From an uncultured Candidatus Binatia bacterium (GTDB lineage Bacteria > Desulfobacterota > Binatia > UBA9968 > JAJDTQ01): a stretch of DNA of 64,000 bases. The stretch is from contig OZ219754.1 in assembly GCA_964291295.2 (NCBI GenBank), positions 2,112,001 to 2,176,000 on the forward strand, read 5' to 3'. Shown piece by piece: positions 9,418 through 19,474 of the stretch. Positions within the stretch are counted from its first letter, which is position 1, and every line of letters begins with the position of its first letter. The position numbers and the translations under genes are program-made. The notes beneath the pieces were generated by a model. That model was given only the letters and a program-made list of their open reading frames with translations. It did no database searches and was not told where the DNA came from.

Positions 9418-9929
9418 AGGCCTCCCTTCTCGGGAGCCGTCGTCGTGTGGGTGCGCGAAGCGGCGAGGATCCTGACCACGAAGGCCAGACCCAGCCACGC
9501 CGCGCCGACCGGTATGATCACGAGTGCCGGGAACTTCGGCAGGTTGAGCGCGGTGGAGAATCGGTGGCCGTTCTCGAACGCGTGCCACGCCACCGCCCAG
9601 GACTGCCACGCCAGGACAACGCAGTAGAGGAAGCCCAGGATGTCGGTGATGCGGCGCAGCCTGCGTCGCGATGCCGGCCGGAGCCGCGCGGTGACGATCT
9701 CCACCTTCACGTGGTGGTCGTTCATCAGGATCCACCCGGCCGGAACGAAGGTGAGGTAGACCAGCAGGTATTCGTTGATGTCGATGACCCAGATCGTGGG
9801 AGCGTGGAAGATCAGACGGGCGAACACGTCATAGAGAACCGTCACCGCCATCACCACCACGAACGCGGCGGATACATGGCCCAGCACGTGGTTCGTGTTG
9901 TCGAAGGCGCGGTTCAGCGAGTTCAGCAT
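9414..9929 (-). CDS. dctQ: TRAP transporter small permease DctQ
   Basis: Four TM helices, HVKVEI motif, between dctP and dctM. Confidence 0.9.
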   Translation of the reverse strand: MLNSLNRAFDNTNHVLGHVSAAFVVVMAVTVLYDVFARLIFHAPTIWVIDINEYLLVYLTFVPAGWILMNDHHVKVEIVTARLRPASRRRLRRITDILGFLYCVVLAWQSWAVAWHAFENGHRFSTALNLPKFPALVIIPVGAAWLGLAFVVRILAASRTHTTTAPEKGGL

Positions 9930-9953
9930 GGCGTGAACTGCGAGCGTCCCGGA

Positions 9954-10970
9954 TCAATTGTAGCGCGCCAGGGCCTTCTGGATCTGCGGACCGTACTGGG
10001 GCGATTGCTTGAGCAACTCGGGCCAGTAGGAATTGCGGGCGTCGGCCAGCCGCTTCCGGGCGGCGGCGTCCACCTCGATGATCTTCATGCCGTTCTTCTC
10101 AAGCCGTTTGATCGCGGCATTGTCGTTGGTTCGGAAGTAGCGGAGTATCGTGGGCTCCATTTCTGCAATGGTCCCCTCCAGCAACTGCGTCACGTTCTCC
10201 GGCAGCTTGTCCCACGCCCGTGTCGGCATGTAGATGCCGCCCGGGGCGAACTGGATGGGCGTCGCGATCATGGCCTTGTAGATCTTGTGTTCGCCGAAGC
10301 TCCACGCGTCGTTGGGCGCACGATAGGCGCCGTCCACCGTGCGGCGCTGCAACGCCGTATACAGCTCGTTGGCCTTGATGGTCTGGGGCGAGCCGCCGAG
10401 CGCCCGGATGGCGGCGGCGTCCTGGGCGCCCGAGGCGCGGATCCTTTTGCCCTTGATACCGTCGAGGTCCTTGATGGGCTTGGCCATGAGGAAGCGGAAG
10501 CCGGTTCCGGCCACGGTGATGCCCAGGAAGCGCATGGATGACTTCTCCCTGTAGGCCTTGTTGATGATCTCCATGACGCCGCTCTTGCGCAGGGCCTCCA
10601 GGTACGTCTCCAGGCTGTCGGGCGGGATCAGACTCATGGCCGCGGCTTCGATGGTCTCGCCCACATAGTACGCCGGGGCGGTGTTGGTCATGTCGGCGAT
10701 GCCGGTGCGCAGGGCCTGGAACTGCTCGAACGCGGAGGCCACTTCGTTTCCGCCCAAGAGCCGGATCCGCACCACGCCCTTGCCCCGCTTGTTTACTTCC
10801 TCAATGTACTTCTTGTACCAGGTGTTGCCGTCGATGCTCAGCGGCCAGGCCGAGATGGCGCGGATCACCACCTCCCTGGCGTCGGCCGGGGCGGCAGCGG
10901 TGAGGATCCACAGGGGCACGGTCAGCAATGGAGCCAGCAGAGAGACTCTCGCAAAGGACTTCAAGTACAT
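9954..10970 (-). CDS. dctP: TRAP substrate-binding protein DctP
   Basis: Signal peptide, KGKRIR, ELYTALQRRTVDG. Confidence 0.92.
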   Translation of the reverse strand: MYLKSFARVSLLAPLLTVPLWILTAAAPADAREVVIRAISAWPLSIDGNTWYKKYIEEVNKRGKGVVRIRLLGGNEVASAFEQFQALRTGIADMTNTAPAYYVGETIEAAAMSLIPPDSLETYLEALRKSGVMEIINKAYREKSSMRFLGITVAGTGFRFLMAKPIKDLDGIKGKRIRASGAQDAAAIRALGGSPQTIKANELYTALQRRTVDGAYRAPNDAWSFGEHKIYKAMIATPIQFAPGGIYMPTRAWDKLPENVTQLLEGTIAEMEPTILRYFRTNDNAAIKRLEKNGMKIIEVDAAARKRLADARNSYWPELLKQSPQYGPQIQKALARYN

Positions 10971-11018
10971 CGGGTACCTCCCATGGTCCTGTCGGAGAAG
11001 GTCTCCCGGACAGGATGT

Positions 11019-11519
11019 TCAGATCGCCTCGTAGGGGTAGCGCTTCACCTTCTCCATGTTCTTGCCCTCGATCCGGATCAATTTGGTGGTATCGGCCCGC
11101 CACGGCGAGTGAAGCTCCCCTTCATTGTAGAGGTGGGCCATGCCGGGCTTGAGGGTGTAGGTGCGCAGCTTGCGCGCCTTGCCCTTCCTGCCCTCGCTTG
11201 CGGGCTCGACCTTCTCCCAGTCGGTCATCTCGGTCTCGCCGCTGGCCTGACCGTAGATGGCCCAGGCCGGACCGTGGTCGTGGGGGTTGCTTCCCTTGGC
11301 GCCCTTGTTGTGGTGGGCCAGGATGCAGAAACCCAACTCGGGATCCTCATAGATCACTTTCCGCTCCGGCTGGTCCTGTTCGATATGTTCGGCGATGAAC
11401 GCCTGGTCCTGGCAGACCTCTTCCACCAGCGAAACCACCTTCCGGCGCCCCTCGGGGCCGGGTTCCGCCTGGAGGATACGACGACAGTCGGCGGCAAACT
11501 GTTCCAGCGTGTGACTCAT
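11019..11519 (-). CDS. Cysteine dioxygenase-like cupin protein
   Basis: PHDHGPAWAIYG...GELHS cupin His motifs. Confidence 0.7.
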   Translation of the reverse strand: MSHTLEQFAADCRRILQAEPGPEGRRKVVSLVEEVCQDQAFIAEHIEQDQPERKVIYEDPELGFCILAHHNKGAKGSNPHDHGPAWAIYGQASGETEMTDWEKVEPASEGRKGKARKLRTYTLKPGMAHLYNEGELHSPWRADTTKLIRIEGKNMEKVKRYPYEAI

Positions 11520-11908
11520 GACACGACTCCTTCGGAGAGTTGATTGGGGCCCGCCGAACTGGATTCCGGGCCCGTGGTTCGATGTTCCAGGCCCTTGTAC
11601 GTATCGCCGGCGACGGTGTCAAGCCGGATCACCGCATCCCGTCGCATCCGCCGAGCCCGCAGATCTCCTTGACATCGGACCGCGACTTGAACCCCAGGCG
11701 CGAAACGTTCGCCCTCGTCTCGCCGGTGGTGTCCCTCGAACGTTTCAAGGCCATCCGCCAACTCGAACCAACCGACGACGGGCTGTCCCCGCCGCACGGG
11801 CCGCCAACGGCAGCATGACGTCTTCTGCCATACGTTCCGGGTCGCACTCGGAACTTGTCATTCCACCCAGGCAGGGGCCCGGACGAAACGGCGCCTGCCG
11901 GGCACCTG

Positions 11909-12907
11909 CTATTCCGCCCACCCCACGATCGGAGTGAACAGCTCCTCCAGGGCGGGCCTCGGCTCGGCCACGAAGCCCTGCTCCACGAGATACTGCATGA
12001 AGGTGTCGAGGGTCGTGCGGTTGGCCTCCACCCCGTAGGGGTAGGGGTCTCCGCCGAACAGTTCGCGGATCTCGTCCATCTCCGCGTTGAGCCAGGGAAG
12101 CATGTACACCATGGTGCCGGTGAAGCTCATGTGATCCAGGGCCCACGCCTTGGCCGCATGGAAGGCCTTGAACATGCTCTCGGCGATCCACGGGTGCCTG
12201 AGATGCAGTTCCTCCCGCATCACGATGGTGTGCATGATCGGAAAGACGCCGGTTTCCCGAAAGTAGTCCCGTTCCACTCGCCGGTAGTCGGGAAAGAGCC
12301 TGACGATGCCCGGGTGCCGGCCCAGTGCTTGGGGTTGACGCGCGCCCAGGCAGGCGACGATGTCGCCTGCCTGCAGCAGGTCGTTGATGGACTTGTCCGC
12401 CGGTGCCGGTTCGATCTCCAGGGCGCCAGTCGGCCGCAGGTCCACGTCGCGGTCCGGCGGCCGCGGCGTGTTGACGCCGCCCTCCACCCAGTGGATCGAG
12501 GAGAGGTCCACGCCGTGGCGGTGTTGCAGGATGCCGCGGATCCATACCGCCGCGGTCTGTCCGTACTCCTGCACGCCGACGCGCGCACCGTCGAGGTCGC
12601 GGGGTTCCGCGATGCCCCGATCCCGGTTCACGCAGATGTACGCATGGCGAAAGAGCCGCGACGGGAATACCGGCAGCGCGATGAATGGGAACGAACCCCG
12701 GGAACGCCGGGTCACGTAGGTGGACAGCGACATCTCGCAGGGGTCGAAGGCCCGGGTCTTCATCATGCGGTTGAAGATCTCGGGCGGCGACTGGATCCGG
12801 AGGCAGGTGAGGTCGATGCCCTCGGGCCGCACCTCGCCCCTGGCGATGGCTTCAACCCGGTCATAGGGGCCGGTGGCCAGGGTCAGTGAAAGGTTTCCCA
12901 AGTTCAT
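11909..12907 (-). CDS. Substrate-binding-fold protein (4,5-dihydroxyphthalate decarboxylase-like)
   Basis: YDRV, CEMSLS, PVFPSRLFRH, YGQTAAVWIRG, FPIMHT, YPYGVEANR. Confidence 0.85.
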   Translation of the reverse strand: MNLGNLSLTLATGPYDRVEAIARGEVRPEGIDLTCLRIQSPPEIFNRMMKTRAFDPCEMSLSTYVTRRSRGSFPFIALPVFPSRLFRHAYICVNRDRGIAEPRDLDGARVGVQEYGQTAAVWIRGILQHRHGVDLSSIHWVEGGVNTPRPPDRDVDLRPTGALEIEPAPADKSINDLLQAGDIVACLGARQPQALGRHPGIVRLFPDYRRVERDYFRETGVFPIMHTIVMREELHLRHPWIAESMFKAFHAAKAWALDHMSFTGTMVYMLPWLNAEMDEIRELFGGDPYPYGVEANRTTLDTFMQYLVEQGFVAEPRPALEELFTPIVGWAE

Positions 12908-13147
12908 CTCCTCCGTGGCGGGAGCGGGTACGGCTCCACGCGTACCTGTTCACAATTGCCTTGAATCGCGGTCTTCAGGCCCGGTTCCCGCAGACGCCGC
13001 CGCTTTGCATCGGCCTCTTGCAGTCGCTATGATGCGGTGCGTGAGGCGACAACGTTCATGGAACCGGACGAAGCCTTCCAGAGTGCATCGCAAGTCTCAA
13101 CCCCGGTTTCAACCCCGGTGAACCCCCTCGGCGAGAGGATTCCATCC

Positions 13148-14140
13148 ATGCGAATGCAGTTCAGTCTTCACAGTCCCAACGGCGGTGTAAAGGAGGTGGC
13201 GCGGATCCGGGAGCGTGTCGTGCAGGCGGAGCGGTTCGGTTTCGAAGGCGTCTTTCTGGGCTCCAGCCAGCTCAGTACGCCCGATCCCTTTCAGGTGCTG
13301 GCCTGCTGCGCCATGGCCACGAGCCGCCTGAAACTCGGCACTGCCGTGAGCAGCATGGTGTACCAGGATCCCACGGTGCTGGCGGGCATGGCGGCGACGC
13401 TGAGCGAAATATCCGAGGGTCGGGCGGTGCTCGGTCTCGGCACCGGGGACGGCCCGGTCCATGCCATGGGCCGGAAACCGACCCGTCTCAAGGAGTTCGA
13501 GGACGGCGTCCGCACCATTCGCATGCTGCTGCAGGGGGGCGAGCTGGTGACGCCCACCAGCCGCGTGCGGGTGAACTACCGGCTGGTGCCGGCGCCGGTG
13601 TATCTTGCCATGGAAGGCCCCAAGGGTTTGCGCCTGGCCGGGCGGGTGGCCGACGGGGTGTTCCTCGGCAGCGGCGTGGAACCCGGCGCCGTGCGATGGG
13701 CGCTGGCGCGAATTGCCGAAGGCGCGGCCGCGGCCGGGCGGCCGTCCGACGAGATCACGGTCCTGGCCGCCGGCATGGTGTGCATCACGGAGGACGGCGA
13801 CCAGGCCCGCCGGGTGGTGCGCCGCCGTCTCGCCAACCGGGCGCACCACAATTTCCAGGCGACGCTGGAGACCGTGCCCGAGGAGGAGTTGGCAAGCGTC
13901 GAGAAATTCATGGCCGCCTTCGATCAGTCCAGGCCCATGGAGGAACGATCCGACCCCGCGCTCATCACGGACTATCTCGTGCGGCGTTTCGCCATTGCCG
14001 GTACGCCGAAGGAGTGCGTCGCGCAGTTGGAGGAGCTGGCGGCCACGGGCGTGGAGCGCGTCATGCTGACGCCGCCCCGGAGCGTATACGAGGAAACGGT
14101 GGACGCACTGGCGAAGCAGGTGATGCCGGTGTTTCGCTGA
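13148..14140 (+). CDS. LLM class (Mer-like) oxidoreductase
   Basis: GRAVLGLGTGD, GPKGLRLAGRVADG, IAGTPKEC. Confidence 0.9.
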   Translation: MRMQFSLHSPNGGVKEVARIRERVVQAERFGFEGVFLGSSQLSTPDPFQVLACCAMATSRLKLGTAVSSMVYQDPTVLAGMAATLSEISEGRAVLGLGTGDGPVHAMGRKPTRLKEFEDGVRTIRMLLQGGELVTPTSRVRVNYRLVPAPVYLAMEGPKGLRLAGRVADGVFLGSGVEPGAVRWALARIAEGAAAAGRPSDEITVLAAGMVCITEDGDQARRVVRRRLANRAHHNFQATLETVPEEELASVEKFMAAFDQSRPMEERSDPALITDYLVRRFAIAGTPKECVAQLEELAATGVERVMLTPPRSVYEETVDALAKQVMPVFR

Positions 14141-14164
14141 CCCGCGGCTCCACCCGGTGGCATC

Positions 14165-15181
14165 CTACAGATTGACCCGCGCCATGCCGTCGGGCGGGTA
14201 GCGGTCGCCGGCCGCCGCGCCGGGCGGAAAGGCGGAGGCCAGCGCCGCGAGATCTTCTTCCGTCAGGGCGAGGTCCAGGGCCTTGAGGTTCTCTTCCAGA
14301 TGGGTGCGCCGCTTGCAGCCGGGGATGGGAAACACGTTGCCGCCCCGCGCCAGCACCCAGGCGAGGCAGACCTGTGCCGGAGTCGCCCCGTGGCCATCGG
14401 CGACCTTTCGCACGGCGCCGGCGCGCTCTCGGTTGGCGGCGGCGTTGGCGTCCGAGAAACGCGGGAACTTGCGCCGGGTGTCGCCTTCCGGCAGCGCTTT
14501 GCCCCCGCTCACCGCGCCGGCCAGAAAGCCGTAGCCCAGCGGCGCATAGGCCATGAGCCCCAGGCCCAGGTCGCCGCACGCCTGCAGGTGGCCCTGTTCG
14601 ACATCGCGGGTCCAGAGCGAATACTCGTACTGCAGCGACACCAGCGGATGGACCTTCGCGGCCCGGCGCAGGGTCTCCGGTGCGGCTTCCGACAGGGCGA
14701 TGAAGCGGGTCTTGCCTTCTTCCACCAGTCGGGCCATGGCTCCCACAGTGTCCTCGATGGGCACGGTGGGGTCGACTCGCGACAGACAGAACGCATCCAG
14801 CGTCTCGATGCCGAGATTCCCGAGGCTGGTCTCGCAGACCCGGCGCAGCCGTTCCGGCGTGCCGCTGCCCCGTGCCACCGACGAGCCGTCGTTGGCGCGG
14901 ATGGTGCCGGTCTTGGAGTGGATGAAGACCTTCTGGCGCTTGCCGCCCTTCAGCGCTTCCCCGATCAATCGGTGGTTGTGCCCTTGGCCGTAGCTGGCCG
15001 ACGTGTCCAGCAGCGTGACCCCGAGGTCGATGGCGCGGTGGATGGCGGCGATGGACTCGGTGTCGTCCGCCGCACCGTACGCCCCGGACATGGAGAAACA
15101 GCCAAGACCGATGCGCGACAGCCTTTCGCCGGTATTGCCGAACCGTGCGGTTTCCATCGGAATGAGGCGGCTGCTTGCCAC
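14165..15181 (-). CDS. Aldo/keto reductase
   Basis: IGLGC, DTSASYG, QYEYSLW, PIPGCKR. Confidence 0.93.
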   Translation of the reverse strand: MASSRLIPMETARFGNTGERLSRIGLGCFSMSGAYGAADDTESIAAIHRAIDLGVTLLDTSASYGQGHNHRLIGEALKGGKRQKVFIHSKTGTIRANDGSSVARGSGTPERLRRVCETSLGNLGIETLDAFCLSRVDPTVPIEDTVGAMARLVEEGKTRFIALSEAAPETLRRAAKVHPLVSLQYEYSLWTRDVEQGHLQACGDLGLGLMAYAPLGYGFLAGAVSGGKALPEGDTRRKFPRFSDANAAANRERAGAVRKVADGHGATPAQVCLAWVLARGGNVFPIPGCKRRTHLEENLKALDLALTEEDLAALASAFPPGAAAGDRYPPDGMARVNL

Positions 15182-15209
15182 GGGCCATACCCGTGCCGGC
15201 GCGAGCTCG

Positions 15210-16463
15210 TCAGCGCGGCGCCACCAGGATCTCTTCCCGCGGGAAGTGGTCCATGATCTCGGCGCCGTCCCGGGTGACCACCACCATGTTCTCCAGCCGC
15301 ACCCCGCCCACGCGGGTCTCGCCCTCGCGGCTCTCGATGGCGATGGTCATGCCCTCCTCGAAAACCTGCGGATACTTGAGCGACCACTGGCGGTTGATGA
15401 TGGGGATATCGTAGTTGGTGCTTCCCTGGGTGAGGCCGATGCCGTGGCCGATCTCGCTGGCCAGCACCTCGCATTCCTCCTGGTAGCCCCAGTTGGACGC
15501 GGGCGGAAAGTGCTTGGCGGCGTCGGCGGTGGTGGCCCCCGGCTTGATGGCGTCGATGACACCGTCGATGCTGTCCCGCACCCGCTTGTACCAGTCCTGT
15601 TCCTTGGCGTTGGGCTTCCGGCCGACGATGAAGGTCCGGTAGGTGCAGGTGGCGTATCCCTGATAGGTGAGGCCGCAGAGCGAGCCGTACAGCAGGTCGC
15701 CGGTCTGCAGGAGCCGGCTGGATTGATGAAAGCCGCGGTCGAAGGTGCTGGGCCCGGACCGCCAGCCTCCGGGCGGTGCCGACTCCGCGCCCATGTCGTA
15801 GCCTGCCTTGGTGGCGATGCCCGAAAGCTCGGTGTCACGGACGCCCGGCCTGGCGTTCTCCCAGATGCGGTACCAGACGCCCTCCACGATGGCTGCGGCG
15901 CTCTTGAGGCAATCGATCTCGTCCGGGGTCTTGATCTTGCGGATCTCCTTCATCACCATGCTGAAGTCCACCAGGTGCTTGACGCCGGCATTGGCAAGGG
16001 CCTCCCGGGCAAGGCCGTCGAAGGCGCTGAAGCCGATCTTCTCGTTCAGCAGCCCCCGGCTCTTGAGTTCGTCGTGGATGTCGGCGGCGAACTGCCGGGC
16101 CTCGTCCCGGGCCGCCTCGATGCCGCAGGCCGCGGTGAGCCAGGCGCGCGCGGGACGCCATTCGGTGATCCACGGCGCCTGGTCCGGCATCTGGTGGAAA
16201 TGGCCGCTGTGTTCGTACATGATGGGGTCGTGGTCGGCGAAGAAAAGAGTGTAGCGGCACATCGGATAGTTGAAGCCCTTGAGGCCGGTGAGGTAGCGGA
16301 TGTTGGCGGAGTTGGCTTCCAGCAGCGCGGGAATGTCGTGCTCGCGCATGATCCGCCTGGCCCGCTCGGCCCGTTCCCGGCGCATGCGATGGGTGTTGAG
16401 CCGCTCCTGCCAGTCCGACGTCTCGTTGCCGTAGATGAGCTTGGATGCGTATCGTGGTGCCAT
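15210..16463 (-). CDS. M24 (Xaa-Pro peptidase/creatinase) family protein
   Basis: NIRYLTG, RKIKTPDEI, GHGIG, GVRLEN; start MAPRY (ATG 16463). Confidence 0.88.
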   Translation of the reverse strand: MAPRYASKLIYGNETSDWQERLNTHRMRRERAERARRIMREHDIPALLEANSANIRYLTGLKGFNYPMCRYTLFFADHDPIMYEHSGHFHQMPDQAPWITEWRPARAWLTAACGIEAARDEARQFAADIHDELKSRGLLNEKIGFSAFDGLAREALANAGVKHLVDFSMVMKEIRKIKTPDEIDCLKSAAAIVEGVWYRIWENARPGVRDTELSGIATKAGYDMGAESAPPGGWRSGPSTFDRGFHQSSRLLQTGDLLYGSLCGLTYQGYATCTYRTFIVGRKPNAKEQDWYKRVRDSIDGVIDAIKPGATTADAAKHFPPASNWGYQEECEVLASEIGHGIGLTQGSTNYDIPIINRQWSLKYPQVFEEGMTIAIESREGETRVGGVRLENMVVVTRDGAEIMDHFPREEILVAPR

Positions 16464-16642
16464 GAAGAGAAAACCTCCCTTGGGAAGACCGCTCCTGGTG
16501 ACGGTCGGAATCAGGGGTCGGCCGACGAAGGCGGGCCCGAAAACCGCCCCAACATGGCCACATGAGCCGGACCTTGTCAAGGTACGGGCGAGGGAGCCGG
16601 ATGAGCGGAAACGCCGGGGCGAGCGGCAGGAGGAACCGCGTC

Positions 16643-17089
16643 ATGCCGAAGGTTGCATCATTGGGTCACGTGGGTCTGCGGGTTCATGATATCGAGCGCT
16701 CCAAGGCCTTCTACCGGGACGTGCTGGGACTCGCCGTCAGCGACGAGAGCGACGCCGGCACGGTGTTCATGACCGCCCAGGACCGCCTTCACGAGCACCA
16801 CGAACTGCAGTTGCGCCCGGGTCGCAAGGACGGGGAAGTGGTCTCGCAGATCTCTTTCCGGTGTGAAACTCTGGACGCCCTGAAGGCGTTCCACCGGGAA
16901 TTCCTGGAACGCGGGGTGCCCATCCGGCAGGTCCACAGCCACGGCAATGCCATCGGCATCTATTGTGCCGACCCCGACGGCAACACCGTGGAAGTGTACT
17001 GGCCCACCGGCATCGACTGGCCCCAGCCGTTCCGCAAGGCCATCGATCTCAACCAGCCCGACGACGTGATTCTTGCAAGCCTGACCTGA
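16643..17089 (+). CDS. VOC/glyoxalase family protein
   Basis: LGHVGLRV, FYRDVLG, IYCADPDGNTVEVY; AGGAGG RBS. Confidence 0.9.
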   Translation: MPKVASLGHVGLRVHDIERSKAFYRDVLGLAVSDESDAGTVFMTAQDRLHEHHELQLRPGRKDGEVVSQISFRCETLDALKAFHREFLERGVPIRQVHSHGNAIGIYCADPDGNTVEVYWPTGIDWPQPFRKAIDLNQPDDVILASLT

Positions 17090-17195
17090 CGCCCTCGCGC
17101 GGGATGGTTCGACCCCTTGCCGGGAGCGGCTTCCGGCCCATCCATGTCTTCTGTTGGTTCCGGGCCGCAGCCGTCCCGTCCCGGCCGCTACGCCC

Positions 17196-19442
17196 CTACG
17201 CCTCCTTCAGTGCCGCGTACACCTTCTCCGCCGTCAGCGGAAGGTCGTGGATGCGCGCGCCGGTGGCGTCGGCCACGGCGTTGGCGACGGCGGCGGCGGT
17301 GGGCACGTTGGGCAACTCGCCGATGGCCTTGCCCTGGAACGGCACCGGCCCCTCGCCCTGCTCGACGAACACGGTGTCGAGTCGGGGGATGTCCTTGGCA
17401 CAGGGCAGCTTGAAGTCGCCGAGGTTCAGGGTGGTGATCCGGCCGTCGGCCATGGGGTTGTCTTCCATCAGTGCGAAGCCCACCCCGTTGACCACGCCGC
17501 CGTCGATCTGGCCCTGATAGGTCAGGTGATTCAGGATCCGGCCGGAGTCGTGGGCGGTGGTCACGCGGGTGACCCATACCTGTCCGGTCTCCGGATCCAC
17601 CGCCACTTCGGCCACCTGGGCGGCGAAGGAGGTGACCGGCGGTTGGCCGTCGGGGGCGAAGACCGTGTCGTGGTGGAATGATCCGCCGGCCTCGGCAATG
17701 GCGGCCCGGGCCACCTCCGCGAAGGACAGTTCGCCGCCCTCGGGTGCGGCGAAACGGCCGTCCACCCGGCCCACCTGGCCGGGTTCGCAGCCGAGCTTGC
17801 GGCTGGCGCATGCCACGAGTTGCGCGTGCACCTCCCGGGCGGCCTTGTGGGCCGCGTGCCCGGTGGTGTTGGTGGACTTGCTCCCGCCGGTGCCCGGATC
17901 CCAGGGTGAGTGATCGGTGTCCTCCACCCGGATGCGCACGCGCTCCGGCGCGACGCGCAGGGTCTCGCTGACGATCTGCGTGATGGCGGTGTGGATCCCG
18001 GGCCCCACGTCCGGCACGCCGACGAGAACGGTCACCGTGCCGTCTTCATGGAGTTCGATGCCGGCGTTGGCGTTGCCTCCGCCGGCGCCGCGTTCGTAGA
18101 GCGCGATGCCCCGCCCCCGGTTGGGTCCCGGCGGGCGCTTGCGCCATCCCGACGTCTCCACCGCCTTCTCCAGGGTCTCCCTGGCCAGGATGCCGTCCCA
18201 CCGGGCGCCCAGCGGCGAGGTGTCGCCGGGAACCACCAGGTTGCGCAGGCGGAAGTCCGCGGGGTCGATGCCCATCTCCCGGGCGATGTCGTCCATCTGC
18301 GACTCCACGGCAAAGACGATCTGCGGGCTTCCCGGCGTGCGGGTCTGGGTGCACGGAACCTGGTTGGTGTAGGCGCACAAGGTCTCGATGCGGATGGCCG
18401 GGATGCGGTAGTAGCTGGCCAGCCTTCGGGCGCCCATCACGGTGATCTCGGGGTTTGCCTTCCAGGCCGCGTAGGCGCCGCCCGCGAAGGCGACCTTGCC
18501 GTCGATGGCGGTCAGGGTGCCGTCGTTCCGGACCCCGACGCGCAGGTTCACGATGGCCGGATGGCGATGGGCGGCGGTGGCGATCTCCTCGGTGTAGGTG
18601 AGCACCATGCGCACCGGCCGGCCCGTTGCCCTGGCCAGGAAGTAGCACACCGGGGTGTCGATCATCGACGCCTTGCCGCCGAAGTCCCCGCCCACCGGGA
18701 GGATATGGACGTTGACCTTCCCGGGATCGATGCCGAGATCTTGCGCGAGCCGGTTTCTCAGGGCGAACGGCCCCTTGTTGGAGGCCCACACCTCCACGTT
18801 GCCGGCGGTATCCACGGCCACCGTGCAGGAGTGGGGTTCCAGGTAGCCATGGTGCGCCAGCTGCGTGGCGAAGGTGCCTTCGAACACCCGGTCGGCGCTG
18901 TCGAAGCCGGCGTCCAGGTCTCCGTTCCGCCAGATGCTGTGGGACTGGACGTTGGGCCGGTCCGGGTCGACGCCCTCCGCCAGCGGCGGCGCGTTCCGGT
19001 AGTCCCGCGGCGCGACGTGCAGCGGCGTGGCACCGGGCTTGACCGCATCCAATGGGTCGTAGACCCCCGGCAACTCCTCGTAGTCCACCGTGATGAGGCG
19101 CAGCGCCGCCTCGGCGCTCTCCGGCGTGTCCGCGGCCACCGCAGCCACCGGATCCCCCACGAACCGGACCTTGTCCCTGGCCAGCACCGGCATGTCCTTC
19201 ATGCGCAGCCCGACGTACACCTCGGGCAGGTCCGCGCCCGTGAGAACGGCATGCACTCCCGGCAGCGCCCGGGCCTCGGCGGTGTCCACGCCGCGGATAC
19301 GTGCGTGGGCCAACGGGCTGCGCAGCACCTTGGCGTGGAGGGATTCGGCGATGGGCAGATCCGACGCGTAGTGGGTGGCGCCGGTGACTTTGTCCGCGCC
19401 TTCGATGCGCGGCAGGGGCTTTCCGACTGTCTGAAAGGCCAA
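17196..19442 (-). CDS. Xanthine dehydrogenase family molybdopterin-binding subunit
   Basis: KVTGATHY, LRSPLAHA, VGGDFGGK, GQIDGG, KAIGE; TTG start after GGAGG. Confidence 0.93.
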   Translation of the reverse strand: MAFQTVGKPLPRIEGADKVTGATHYASDLPIAESLHAKVLRSPLAHARIRGVDTAEARALPGVHAVLTGADLPEVYVGLRMKDMPVLARDKVRFVGDPVAAVAADTPESAEAALRLITVDYEELPGVYDPLDAVKPGATPLHVAPRDYRNAPPLAEGVDPDRPNVQSHSIWRNGDLDAGFDSADRVFEGTFATQLAHHGYLEPHSCTVAVDTAGNVEVWASNKGPFALRNRLAQDLGIDPGKVNVHILPVGGDFGGKASMIDTPVCYFLARATGRPVRMVLTYTEEIATAAHRHPAIVNLRVGVRNDGTLTAIDGKVAFAGGAYAAWKANPEITVMGARRLASYYRIPAIRIETLCAYTNQVPCTQTRTPGSPQIVFAVESQMDDIAREMGIDPADFRLRNLVVPGDTSPLGARWDGILARETLEKAVETSGWRKRPPGPNRGRGIALYERGAGGGNANAGIELHEDGTVTVLVGVPDVGPGIHTAITQIVSETLRVAPERVRIRVEDTDHSPWDPGTGGSKSTNTTGHAAHKAAREVHAQLVACASRKLGCEPGQVGRVDGRFAAPEGGELSFAEVARAAIAEAGGSFHHDTVFAPDGQPPVTSFAAQVAEVAVDPETGQVWVTRVTTAHDSGRILNHLTYQGQIDGGVVNGVGFALMEDNPMADGRITTLNLGDFKLPCAKDIPRLDTVFVEQGEGPVPFQGKAIGELPNVPTAAAVANAVADATGARIHDLPLTAEKVYAALKEA

Positions 19443-19474
19443 GGTTCACCTCCGGGTCGTTGGCCGGGTACGTT

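Noticed and set aside
11516-11860. Short minus-strand ORF(s) between the SBP-like and cupin genes
   Set aside because: No recognisable motif or RBS; may be a decayed gene but cannot be supported.
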